A stretch of DNA of 62,848 bases, filler included, from Octopus bimaculoides (Eukaryota), in assembly GCF_001194135.2 (NCBI RefSeq). It is 4 parts of 4 records of this genome, joined end to end, with 100 filler letters (N's around TTAATTAATTAA, not from the genome) between each part and the next. Parts side by side here need not be neighbours in the genome. Positions count along the whole stretch, not along the records: positions 22,800 to 43,950 come from NC_068981.1; positions 44,051 to 61,383 come from NC_069004.1; 2 more parts are not named here. One strand, given 5' to 3'. Below are positions 37,537 to 48,245 of this stretch, piece after piece. How positions within the stretch are numbered: the stretch's first letter is position 1; each line of letters begins with the position of its first letter. The notes under the pieces are model-generated. The model searched no databases, was not told where the DNA came from, and worked only from the letters and a program-made list of their open reading frames with translations. The translations under genes and the position numbers were made by a program.

Positions 37537-38104
37537 GGATCTTTTTTAAAACGGAGGCCACATTTTTCATTAACGAAACACTTTGAAACTTGGAACACTG
37601 GTAGAATGTGTCATATAAAACATCTTTTCCTCTTAGTCTTCTTAAAAAAAAAAGAAATCCATAAGTTATTCCATGTTAAAGTTGTCGTATTTCTGTAATT
37701 TCAACCAATCACTGACGTCCATTCAGCCGATATACATTAAGTGCCGACTACATAAACAAACGATTCTGAAACAATTAACCCTAACCCTAACCCTAAGGTT
37801 AGGGTTGGGGTTAAAGCAAATTTAAAATGAAAAAAGCAAATAAAACGAAGGTATGGAGATTAAATACGCTTTACATCGCTTAATCAGCCAAAGGAGTAAA
37901 TGTAAACAACTGAATACTTGTCAGTGATTGGTTGAAATTATCGAAATAAGACAATTTTTTACATGAAATAAATTCGAATACAAAAATATTTTTCTGTTCT
38001 ATAACACAAAATAGATAAGTATACGAAGTTTGAAAGTCTTTCCATACCAAAAACACTACGTAAAACATTAATAAAAAATGTGGCCCCCGTTTAAAAATAG
38101 ATCC
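37537..38104. mobile_element. 568-bp foldback MITE with 8-bp TSD and central telomere-like hairpin
   Basis: TSD CTCTAGCG at 37529-37536 and 38105-38112; TIR about 31 bp with 3 mismatches; internal inverted repeat 37682-37716 / 37920-37954 (32/35). Confidence 0.85.
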
Positions 38105-38112
38105 CTCTAGCG

Positions 38113-38652
38113 GATTATATCAACTCCAGTATTCAACTTGTACGATCTCGAAAGGGCGAAAGGCAAAGTCTACCTCGGCGGAATTTGAACACCGAACGTA
38201 AAAATGGACGAAACAAGGCTAAGCATTTCGTCAGGCGTGCTAACGTTTCTTATTTCTTTATTGCCCACAAGGGCTAAACATAGAGGGGACAAACAAACGG
38301 ATTAAGTCGAACACATCGACCCCAGTGCGTAACTGGTACTTGATTTATCGACCCCGAAAGGATGAAAGGCAAAGTCGACCTCGGCGGAATTTGAACACAG
38401 AACGTAGCGGCAGACGAAATATCTATTTCGTTATTGCCCACAAGGGGCTAAACATAGAGGGAACAAACAAGAACAGACGAACGGATTAAGTCGATTACAT
38501 CGACCCCAGTGCGTAACTGGTACTTAATTTATCGACCCCGAAAGGATGAAAGGCAAAGTCGACCTCGGCGGAATTTGAACTCAGAACGTAACGGCAGACG
38601 AAATATCGATAAGCATTTCGCCCGGCGCGCTAACGTTTCTGCCAGCTAGCCG
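38113..38652 (-). mobile_element. Three nested or tandem copies of the AGTTCAAATTCCGCCGAGG SINE, two with the Tx1-like tail
   Basis: Repeated unit cgaccccgaaaggatgaaaggcaaagtcgacctcggcggaatttgaac at about 38140, 38350 and 38533. Confidence 0.85.
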
Positions 38653-40601
38653 TGAGTCGCCTATAATAAGACGGTTGCAGTTCTTAACAAAAGAATTGTT
38701 TTAAGAAAAACGACACTTTCACTTTTGATATATTTTAAAACACCATTACGTTGGCGAGATACGCTCCATGGAACATAAGGAAGTAAATGTCACTACAATG
38801 GAAAGATATCAACCGTCCCAAAATAAAAGGTTGAAAAAACAAAGGGGTAACAGTTCAGTGAAATGACACAACCAAAAGTTTACTATCAGTCTGTCGAACC
38901 AACCTAACTTCATTTTATGTCAACTCATACTTCCAAATAATGACACTGGGGAATTAACAAATATTCAGTTTTATTTAAGCTCCTTTTTTTTTATTCTTTT
39001 GTGGATTTTTTTTTTTTTTACTGTTAATTTAGTCAAGGATGGAAGGTCAGTCCCTATGACCTCGTCCCCTTTTTTTCTCTCAGGATCTCCGACATTGATC
39101 GAAGGAAGGGAGAAAATTATCCTCAAACAGAAGACCTTGGTCTGAATGGCTGTAATTAAGTGAGCTCTGCTTACTGCAGTTAAAACAGGGCGGTGATTTT
39201 AAACTAGACAACGGATTACGTCAAGCAACCGACGTTTATGTTAACATGCAGGAAGTATTAAAAAGCTTACTATAAAAACTTATGCGATGAGGTGAAGAAT
39301 CAAAAAAAGACAGCAATATTATCAATGACTAACAATATTTTGGTTATTTCCTTAGTACGGAAGACAACTCCAAATATACTTTAATATTTTGACCTCATCA
39401 GCGAAACAGATCTTCCCATAACATTACTGTTTGGCTGTTAACATCGGAAGAAGTGCTTCCGTACGTATGGCCTGAGCTGTAAGGGCTTAAACTAAAATGC
39501 AATACGCAATCAGTCACGAGGTTCCGAATCTACATAGCTAGTCATTCCACTTCTACAAATCATGGTAGTGATTCTTATTTCATCATCTACTAATACAATC
39601 CATTAGCCAGTAAGGGAGCGTCTTCGCGGTCACATGCCCTGCTAAAAATAGCAACCAAATTTCCTTCAAATCACATTATGCTATCTTAAGTTAGAGATGG
39701 AGATATTGTAGTCTTATGTATACAATCCGGACTGAAGGCTAGATGGTCATGGTTTGAACACCTTTAATTTTAGGTCTTTTCGATCAAAGATGAACTGGGG
39801 CTAATTAACAACAACAACAATAATCCTTTCTTCTATAAACACATGGCCTGACGTTTTAGGGGAGGGGGTTAGTCGATTGCTGACTCCAGTGATCAACTGG
39901 TACTTAATTTATCGACCCCGAAAAGATGAAAGGCAGAGTCATCCTTGGTGGCATTTGAACTCAAAACGTAAAGAGCCAGAAGAAATGACGTTGATCATTT
40001 TGTCCGACATGCAAACGATTCTGCCAGCTCACCGTTTTAACTCATGGTTTCAAATTTTGGCATAAAGCCAGCAAGTTTAGGGAAAAGGTTTACTCGATTA
40101 CATCGACCCAATGCTCAACTGATATTTACTTCATCGGCCCTGAAAGGATGAAAGGATGAAAGGCAAAGTCGGTCTCGGTGACGTTTGAACTTAGAACATA
40201 GAGCCGAAAGAAATACCGCAAAGCATTTTTTCGACGCTCTATCGATGCTGCCAATCCACCGCCCTTTAATAATTGCTTTAACAGTGACACACAAGATCAG
40301 AAGTTTAGGGATAGTGGAGTAGACAAATTTGACTGGTATTTTATTTTATCAACCCGAAAGCTGATATCGGCGGCATTTGAACCCAGAATGTTCAGTGCCA
40401 GAACAAATATTATAAAGCGTTTTGCTACGCACTGAAACGATTCTGCGAAAAAAAAAAAAAAAAAAAANNNNNNNNNNAAAAAAAAAAAAAAAAAAAAAAA
40501 CGATTTCTAACATGGGCACAAAGCCAGAAATTTTGAAGAGGAAGAAACTCTTGATTATATCGATCCAGATATTTAACTAGTATTGTATCTTATTAACTAG
40601 G

Positions 40602-41955
40602 TCATAGTTCGTCCGTCGTTGTCGACGATGACCAAAGACATCACATAGTAGAAGACAGGACACAATGTGTCCGGCTGTGATCGATCAGTCCGATGCGTGC
40701 CTGGAAGGCTCTGCCACGGGTTGAGCACTGGTGGTCTGCTGGGACTGAAGACGAGGAGTTGGCTCTGGACTTGCGCAGTTCGCGTTTTCTTTGTGCTCAT
40801 GCAATCCTGTTCTGTTAGTACGGCTTCACCAAACAGGGCGGTCTTGCGTTTGCGTTTCCCAGGTGTCGGGGTTGGAGAGCGCAAGTCAGGTGGGCAGGCC
40901 ACCTTGTTCGAAAGTTTAGCACACGACTCCCCAAGTGACTGTTTTACAGCGAAGTGTCAGAAGGCAAGTGCATGCAAGGTGAACAGAAAAAGCACTTCCA
41001 GCATATAGGGCTTTCCTATAAGTAGGTTATCTCCCTTGGCCAGGCGGCGCTCCATGTAGATAATTAAACTTCCGGAGGCTAACCCACGCCATTGTTATTG
41101 TTTTACGTCTTACCATGGATATAAAGCAGCTTGATGATTCAGCTATCGAAGTACTTACTGTGCCTGAGTTAAAGGAATATTTAAGATTATATGGACAGTA
41201 TGTTACTGGAAGAAAGGCGGACTTGACTGAAAGGTTGAAAGGAATAAAAATTTTGTAGATGAAGAATGTCAACAAAGTAAATTCATCGGACGATAAGCCT
41301 GAAGTATCGGACGATACTTCAGACAGGAATAAGCAGAAGCTTNNNNNNNNNNNNNNNNNNNNNNNNNNNNNNNNNNNNNNNNNNNNNNNNNNNNNNNNNN
41401 NNNNNNNNNNNNNNNNNNNNNNNNNNNNNNNNNNNNNNNNNNNNNNNNNNNNNNNNNNNNNNNNNNNNNNNNNNNNNNNNNNNNNNNNNNNNNNNNNNNN
41501 NNNNNNNNNNNNNNNNNNNNNNNNNNNNNNNNNNNNNNNNNNNNNNNNNNNNNNNNNNNNNNNNNNNNNNNNNNNNNNNNNNNNNNNNNNNNNNNNNNNN
41601 NNNNNNNNNNNNNNNNNNNNNNNNNNNNNNNNNNNNNNNNNNNNNNNNNNNNNGGAGTGGCATATTTTACCACGACAGACACGTACACAGCATCGAATAC
41701 CACGATGTGAGTGAAAGCTGCTCTCACTGTATTGTCCGGTGCCTGGTAATCCCTTCGATACCGACATCAAACCAAAAAAAGAATCCTGACCACAGAGTGT
41801 GGGTAATTATGTTAAATGTCACTGGCAATGTGCATTCAGCTGATTGCAACTGTTAAAGCAAGTCACTGAGCATGCGTACATGTCATACGGGAGAGTTCCA
41901 ATCAGGGGTGGATAACACCTTATAGGAAAGCCCTATACTCAAGGCCTCACTGAAG
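40602..41955 (-). mobile_element. RTE-clade LINE 3' end with inverted 5' segment
   Basis: 40602-40875 on minus reads NPDTWETQTQDRPVW...CSTRGRAFQARIGLIDHSRTH. 40876-41006 plus 41937-41955 on plus reads RAQVRWAGHLVRKFSTRLPK*LFYSEVSEGKCMQGEQKKHFQHILKASLK. Confidence 0.8.
41007..41934 (+). mobile_element. Internally deleted TIR transposon with SAP-domain and SWIM-like remnants (ISL2EU-like)
   Basis: TIR AGGGCTTTCCTATAAG, flanked by AT/AT (or TATA/TATA). Reads MDIKQLDDSAIEVLTVPELKEYLRLYGQYVTGRKADLTERL (SAP-like) and, after the gap, HVHSIEYHDVSESCSHCIVRCLVIPS...PDHRVWVIMLNVTGNVHSADCNC. Confidence 0.7.
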
Positions 41956-43527
41956 ATTGACCAGGTAAGACAAAAGACAAAGTCAACTTTGGCGGGATTT
42001 GATAGGGCTTTTCATTATGGGTTTAATGTCTTATTGAACATCATTGTTGTTTCTTTCCGCTGGCCAAATGTTGCATCTGCGAATGATATTCCCTACGTGT
42101 GTTGTATATGCGGTTGTCTTGTATATGAGCTCTAATGTTGTACGTGTGATATGTTTATGTCGTTGGTTGTGACCAGTGACGAATTTATATACGGACCAAT
42201 ATGAGCCATATCCCAGGGGTCGCACTAGCTCTAAATCTAGTCCTGAGTGTGACTGTTAGTTGCATTTGTTGTTCTTTTGTGTTGCTGGTAAGTCGGGGTT
42301 TTGAGGAGATATAAGGCTTTTCTCCATACTTCTTAAAAAGTCCTATATTTTTTCATGGAACTTGTATACGCAGTTTTAACTTCGGGACTTTTACGAGAGC
42401 AGCTGACGTAAAGTGAAATTAATCTCAACCAGAAATTGAAACTATGTTTCTTTATTTTTGATTGTTCAGATACAACATAATTCTCTGCAGCAGTGTGCGT
42501 TGGCAGGTTACATATTATCACATGCTGTATTATGAACTTTCATCTTTCCGGTATCGATAAAAATGAGTCTCATTACCAGTTGAGTTCTGCACCGATCTTA
42601 ACAACTATACTCCAGCCAACTGCCCTCAAATTTAAGGCCGTGTGCCTATGTTTTAAAATAAGTGTGGTGAAAGAAAGAAAAACATCAAACACTCATCACA
42701 CGATAAAATAATTTGAGGTGTGTCATTTTCATTATTTTATTATTTTGCTTGCTTGGAGTTAGAGGAAATATAGGATGACAGACTAAATAAATTGGAAAGC
42801 CATACTTATTTTTCAGAGATTTGTTTTTATATATATATATATTTAAATCTACATTACGTTTTGATTGGTTTGATCCGCAATCGAAACGTAATACCCCTTT
42901 TAATCCTTTTTGATGTTAAGATTCAAATGATGATCGTATTAGCTACTCATGTCGGAAATTTAATCATTATTTTGTTTGTGTTTTATATTAATTTTAGTTT
43001 TTCTGTTTGTGTTTGCTATTCTAGCTTATAAATAAAGCAGCTCTATTCTTATTAAGTACATTAATCCGTGAGGTATGAGGAGAAACCTGAACAGTGAACA
43101 TTGGCTAGCTAAGTTCGTGACCTAGTTTTCGATTCGTTAGTGAATTTAATTCATGTAACAAATGTTCTTCAGAATATTCATGAACGCCACAGTAGCCAAT
43201 TTTGTTTCCCCCAAAATACATATAATATTGTACTCATGTAAGAAACCATTATTATAAAATGGGTAATTTATTTGCATGAAGTCTGTAAAATTTTGTACCC
43301 ACGAATGCAGTCTTGATTTGTGGTTTTCACTTGAGTTAAATTGCTAATATACTAGAAAAAATTGTCGAACATTATCTGAGATTTTCCTCAACTCTCCACA
43401 GTTATGATCATGTGCTTATGGACACGGTTCCATGGTTGTTAAAAAGCTTGCATTGCAGTCACCTGGTTTCGGGTTCAGTCTCACTACGCGACATCTCGGA
43501 CAGGTGTCTTTTACCAATGCCTTAAAC

Positions 43528-43950
43528 CAGGCGTCGGCAACCTGCGGCCCGCAAGCTCCTCCCGTGCAACCCGCGGGGCCTTGTCTGGATTTCCATTAGG
43601 TGCGGCCCGGGAGACATTTCCTGCGACCCGGTGGAGTTTTTTGAACAGACGGCAAATTTAACAGAGCCAATCAGCGGCCGTCTTCTCCCCAGCCAGAACA
43701 GCGTCCTACTTTCATGATACTGACACTGAATAAACGTAACTTTTGTCCAATACTGTAGTATAGTATCACTGTACGATAAGTTATTTTTCGCTTCTACTCC
43801 AATTGACTTGGTTATAAATATTTTTTCTGCGTTATTTCAGATGGCTGAAGGTACTCAACCTGCGGAGAAAAGGAAGCTGTTGGACGAGAACCGCTCCTTT
43901 AAGATGTGCAACGTGAAGCGTCACTTCACTTCGGTGCACCCCAAGCAAGC
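43528..43950 (+). mobile_element. hAT (Charlie/Buster/SPIN-like) element 5' end with deleted transposase N-terminus
   Basis: CAGGCGTCGGCAACCTGCGGCCCGC terminus. MAEGTQPAEKRKLLDENRSFK joined to NVKRHFTSVHPK resembles the zf-BED-like N-terminus of this group with the middle removed. Runs into a gap. Confidence 0.7.
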
Positions 43951-44050
43951 NNNNNNNNNNNNNNNNNNNNNNNNNNNNNNNNNNNNNNNNNNNNTTAATT
44001 AATTAANNNNNNNNNNNNNNNNNNNNNNNNNNNNNNNNNNNNNNNNNNNN

Positions 44051-45300
44051 CCGTTGTACCTTGTCCCAACCCTACCATCACCAAGCTGGAGTGCATCCTC
44101 TTCCGCTTCTTGTGGAAAGGAAGCGTTCCGATGGTCAGGTGATCCATTTGCTGTCAACACCTGCTAAAAGAAGGGCTGGGCATGCTGTGGTTGATGATGT
44201 GCAGACACGCGCTGAGACTGCGACATCTCCGGCTCTACGTAGATGATGGTGGACAGGTGTGGTCGCCGTTTGTGTGGCGCGCTTTCCCGCAGCTCGTCTC
44301 CATGACTGAACTGCAGTCATGGATCAAGAAGAGGCTGAGGAAGGGCGAATGGCACTGCGAGTGTCGCGTTGCTCTCGAGCAACTATGCTGTCCCTTGTCG
44401 ACCTTGAGCGACTGCATCACCACAAAAGCATTCTATAGGGGATTAGTGGAGGGGAGGTACGACAACGATCTCAGGGCGAACCTGGGTGTCGACGAAGAAT
44501 ACCCGACCTGCCTGTTCAAGATGACTTTCGGTCCGGGACCTATGGGCAACTTCCAGAGATCCCTGGCCTGGCAGTGCTATCAAGAAGTGCTACCCATTCG
44601 GGATGAGCTCTACAGGCATAGCTCAAGAAACACCGGGCCGACCTGCCCAAGATGTGGTCAGAGTGACAAAATCGTTCTGCACGCACTTGTACAGTGTCCA
44701 ACCATTTCCGACCTGTGTGCCTATGTCAAACGACTGCTGTCGTGTGTGGGACAAGTTGGTTTAATAACCGAGTCTATCGTCAATATTGTTGCGCCTCTTT
44801 CCTTCAAATGGGAAGGATGAGCCATTTTTATTGTACTTGTGGCTATGGTGAAAGAATGTGTATGGTGTATGCGTCTGAAAGGCCTAGAGACAAACACTTT
44901 CCTCTCTGGTCAATCTCTCAACTTCTTCAAGTACCACTTGAAAAGGAAGGTGAGAGTAGAGAGGGAAGTTTTGTCTAGCAAATGTTTCAATAAAAGGTGG
45001 GTGAATGCAGCAAGGATGGCAGGTGTGAATGACGGAACCACCTTGAACATAATCCTATGAACCAGAAAAAGAAAGGAAAAAAAGAGAGTCACTTACTGTA
45101 ATGTGTTTTTGTATGACATTATTGCCCGAGGTTACCTAATCTGTTTTTTTTTTTACATTTATGACATTTCTGTGATACATGATCCCTTTTGATCGAAATT
45201 TTATTCTTCTCTTTTTTTAAAAAATATTTTTCAAAAAGAAAAGCTCAACATTGTATTTTGTCCCCTCTGTGTTCGGCCCTGTGTGGCTAATAAAGAAGCT
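44051..45300 (+). mobile_element. L1/Tx1-like LINE ORF2 C-terminus and 3' UTR, copy 1
   Basis: FLWKG...EGLGM motif, C-x2-C-x8-H-x4-C knuckle (CPRCGQSDKIVLHALVQC), in-frame TGA at 44140 and 44818, ORF end at 45060, AATAAA tail. Confidence 0.88.
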
Positions 45301-45574
45301 TATCTATCTATCCGTCTGTCTGTCTGTCTATTTGATTGATTGGCTGTTATCCTTTTCGTCCATGTAAGTCTGAACAATTTCTCGTATTTTTGTGTATTTA
45401 TATTGAATGTTTGTCAACAGTTGGTTAACAACATCAGCTTTCATGTGAATGAGTCACTCTCACAAAAATCACCCTTTGGGGGTGTATTTTCACATTTTAA
45501 ATTTCATTTAAAAAAGATTTTATCAATCTGTCCTGAAAAATGGATAACTCTATCATGGGACACTGGACTGACTG

Positions 45575-47045
45575 ACTGGTTAAATTGCTTGGGGTCTGGT
45601 TCGGTCCAGACCTCCAAATGGAGAAGAACTGGGATGAGATAACAAATAGAGTGGCCACTCTCACCCAGCAATGGGCCGAGGGGAAGCTATCTCTAAAAGG
45701 TCGAGCAGTGGTGGTGAGTGCGTACATCGCATCTGTCATCTACCATCTGACTGTCGTGCCTTTTCCTGACCCTACCATCACAAAACTGGAGTGTATACTC
45801 TTCCGCTTTTTGTAGAAGGGAAGTGTTCCAATGGTCAGGCAATCCATTTGCTGCCAACATCCACTAAATGGAGGGCTGGGCATGCCATGGAGGGCTGGAC
45901 ATGCGCTGAGACTGCAGCATCTCCAGTGTTTCATAGACGACGGTGAACAGGTGTGGTTTCCGTTTGCGAGACCCGCTTTCCTGCAGCTCGTCTTCTTGAC
46001 TGAGCTGCAATCGTGGATCAAACAGAGACCGAGGCTGGGTGAATGGCACCGTGAGTGCTGCCTTGCTCTTGAACAGCTCTGCTGTCTGGGATCAAACTTT
46101 TGTGACTTCAGTTCTATGAAGGCATTCTATAGAGGATTAGCGGAGGGGAGGTGTGACGATGTTCTTGAGGTGACCCTGGCGTCGATGAGGAATACCTGGC
46201 TTGCCTCTTCAGGACCACTTTCAGGCTGGGACTTATGGACCATTTGCAGAGATTCCTGGCAGTGCTACTGGGAAGCATTGCCTGTTCGGGATAAGCTCTA
46301 CAGGCACTGTTCAACAAACACCAGAGTAACTTGCCAGAGTGATGAAACCATTCTGCATGCACTTGTGCAATGTCCAAACATTTCAGACCTGTGGGCTTAT
46401 GTTGAACGGCTGCTGTCACGTGTGGGACAAATACAATTGTCGGCCGAGTATATCGTGAATATTGCCCCGCCACCTTCCTTTAACCAGGAAGGCAATGCAG
46501 TTTTCATTATACTGTTGGCTGTGGTGAAAGAATGTGTGTGGTGGACTCGTGCGAAAGGTTTAGAGACAAACATTTTCCTCTCTGGCCAACTTCTCACCAA
46601 CTTCTTCAAGTATCACTTGAAGAGGAAGGTGAGAATATAGAAGGAAGTTTTGTTTAATGAAAGGTTCAACAAAAGATGGGTGAATGTGGCAAGGATGGTA
46701 CAAATAAATGACGGAACCACCTTGAGCATGATCCTATAAAACAAAGAAAGAAAGAATGCCTTGCTCATGTTAGTGTTTCTCCTTTTTGTTTCCAAGGTTA
46801 CTTGTGGTTCTTTTCCATAGGTTTTTCTTTCCATGGATAAACCTGGTCAATGTTACATTGCCTCCCCGCTTTTGGGAATGCTTATTGTTAACAACTTTCC
46901 TGTTATTTCACTGTTTACATGTCAAAAAAAAAAAAAAAATTTTCNNNNNNNNNNCCCCCCCCATTGATTGATTTCGAAAAAGAAAAATTCTACATTGTAT
47001 TATCCCCTCTGTGTTTGGCCTTGTGTGGCTAATAAAGAAATCTAT
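45575..47045 (+). mobile_element. L1/Tx1-like LINE ORF2 C-terminus and 3' UTR, copy 2
   Basis: LGVWFGPDLQMEKNW...W..GKLSLKGRA...GGLGMP...HALVQCP; ORF end TAA at 46739; collinear with copy 1. Confidence 0.88.
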
Positions 47046-47925
47046 CTCTCTGTCTGTCTGATTGGCTGTTGTTTGTGTCGTCTTATGTAAATTCATATAT
47101 TTCATTGTGTTTGTTTATGTACATCTGTATATATTTTTGTCAGAAAGGTGCCTAATAACATCTGCTTGCCCTTGAGCAAAGCTTGCCCGAAAATTCGCCC
47201 TTTAAGAGTGAATTTTCATATTGCAAAATCTTATCTCATAAATATTTTCATTTGTCTGGAAAACAGACATGGACAGTTCAGCTAACACTGTAAGCGTTCC
47301 TGAGTTCCAGTTAGAAATGGAATTTCTGCCTTTACCATCACCAAACACATTGAAGAAAAAGGAAAACACTGATGCTCTCACACACACACACACATTTGAA
47401 CAACAATGCGCATACTGACGCAAGCTTTCCTTCTGAACAATTGGGAAGGGAAGGTAGAGAGGTGAACAGTGCAACCACCTCTATTACCTCTCCTGTTACT
47501 ACCGCCGTTACAAAAACCACTACCATCAGCAACAATACAGTTGACAAACCGAATAACTTTGCAGCTCTTTTAACACAAAAGAGACAGTATCCTTCTCAAA
47601 AGAAGAACTACTTACAATGCCAAAAATTATTAAACAAAGAAAATAGAAAATAGGCGAGGAGATGAGTTGCTGCTATTTCTATCAGTTGAGCATCCAACAT
47701 TGACAAAACCGAAGGAAGGTCAAAATCACATGATCTGATGGTCTCAGTGTGGGAGATGGCAGGGATTTATCTCCCCACTAGTGATATAAACAAGAATGCC
47801 TTTTGCACCAAAAGCCAATATGAAAGTTTCTCTCATTGTATCTACCATGGTGTAGTTTATTCTAACAGAACATCCATGTTTAAGCGGCAATAAATGTTAC
47901 CTTTTTGATGGAGATGTTTATGTCT

Positions 47926-48245
47926 CACAAGAACAAAATGTTCATTGGATTAGTTGTTTCTATGAAGATGTAGAATAAAGTTCCTCACTTGCAAAAACAG
48001 TTAAGAGTTGGTATCAAGTTGGGCATCCAATCACAGAATGCTGCTTCTTGGGTTGGATGAACAAATCTTGTCCAACCCATGACTGTGCAAAAAACACATA
48101 AGATAATGATGACGATGACAATGGCAGTGACAACCAAGATGATGATGGTCAGGTATGTATATATTTGATAAAAATATGAAATAGGAGTGGCTGTGTGGTA
48201 AGAAGCTTGCTTCCCAACCACATGGTTCTGGGTTCAGTCCCACTG
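47926..48245 (+). repeat. 320-bp near-identical direct duplication (partner 50647-50966)
   Basis: Two mismatches seen over 320 bp, offset 2721 bp. Confidence 0.9.

Noticed and set aside
37775-37814. Ancient telomere fusion site
   Set aside because: Only about three repeats per side, and they lie inside a TSD-flanked MITE.
38113-38652. CRISPR-like repeat-spacer array
   Set aside because: The repeated units are whole SINE copies of about 170-230 bp in eukaryotic DNA, with no unique spacers and no cas genes.
47338-47547. Minus-strand ORF with a signal-peptide-like start MSTVLLLMVVVFVTAVVTG
   Set aside because: The hydrophobicity comes from antisense reading of Thr-rich ACN codons, and the ORF runs into a CV microsatellite.
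47985-48243. Duplicated hydrophobic ORFs MVGKQASYHTAT... (also 50706-50942)
   Set aside because: Antisense of a SINE head plus (GAT)n-like repeat inside the 320-bp duplication.
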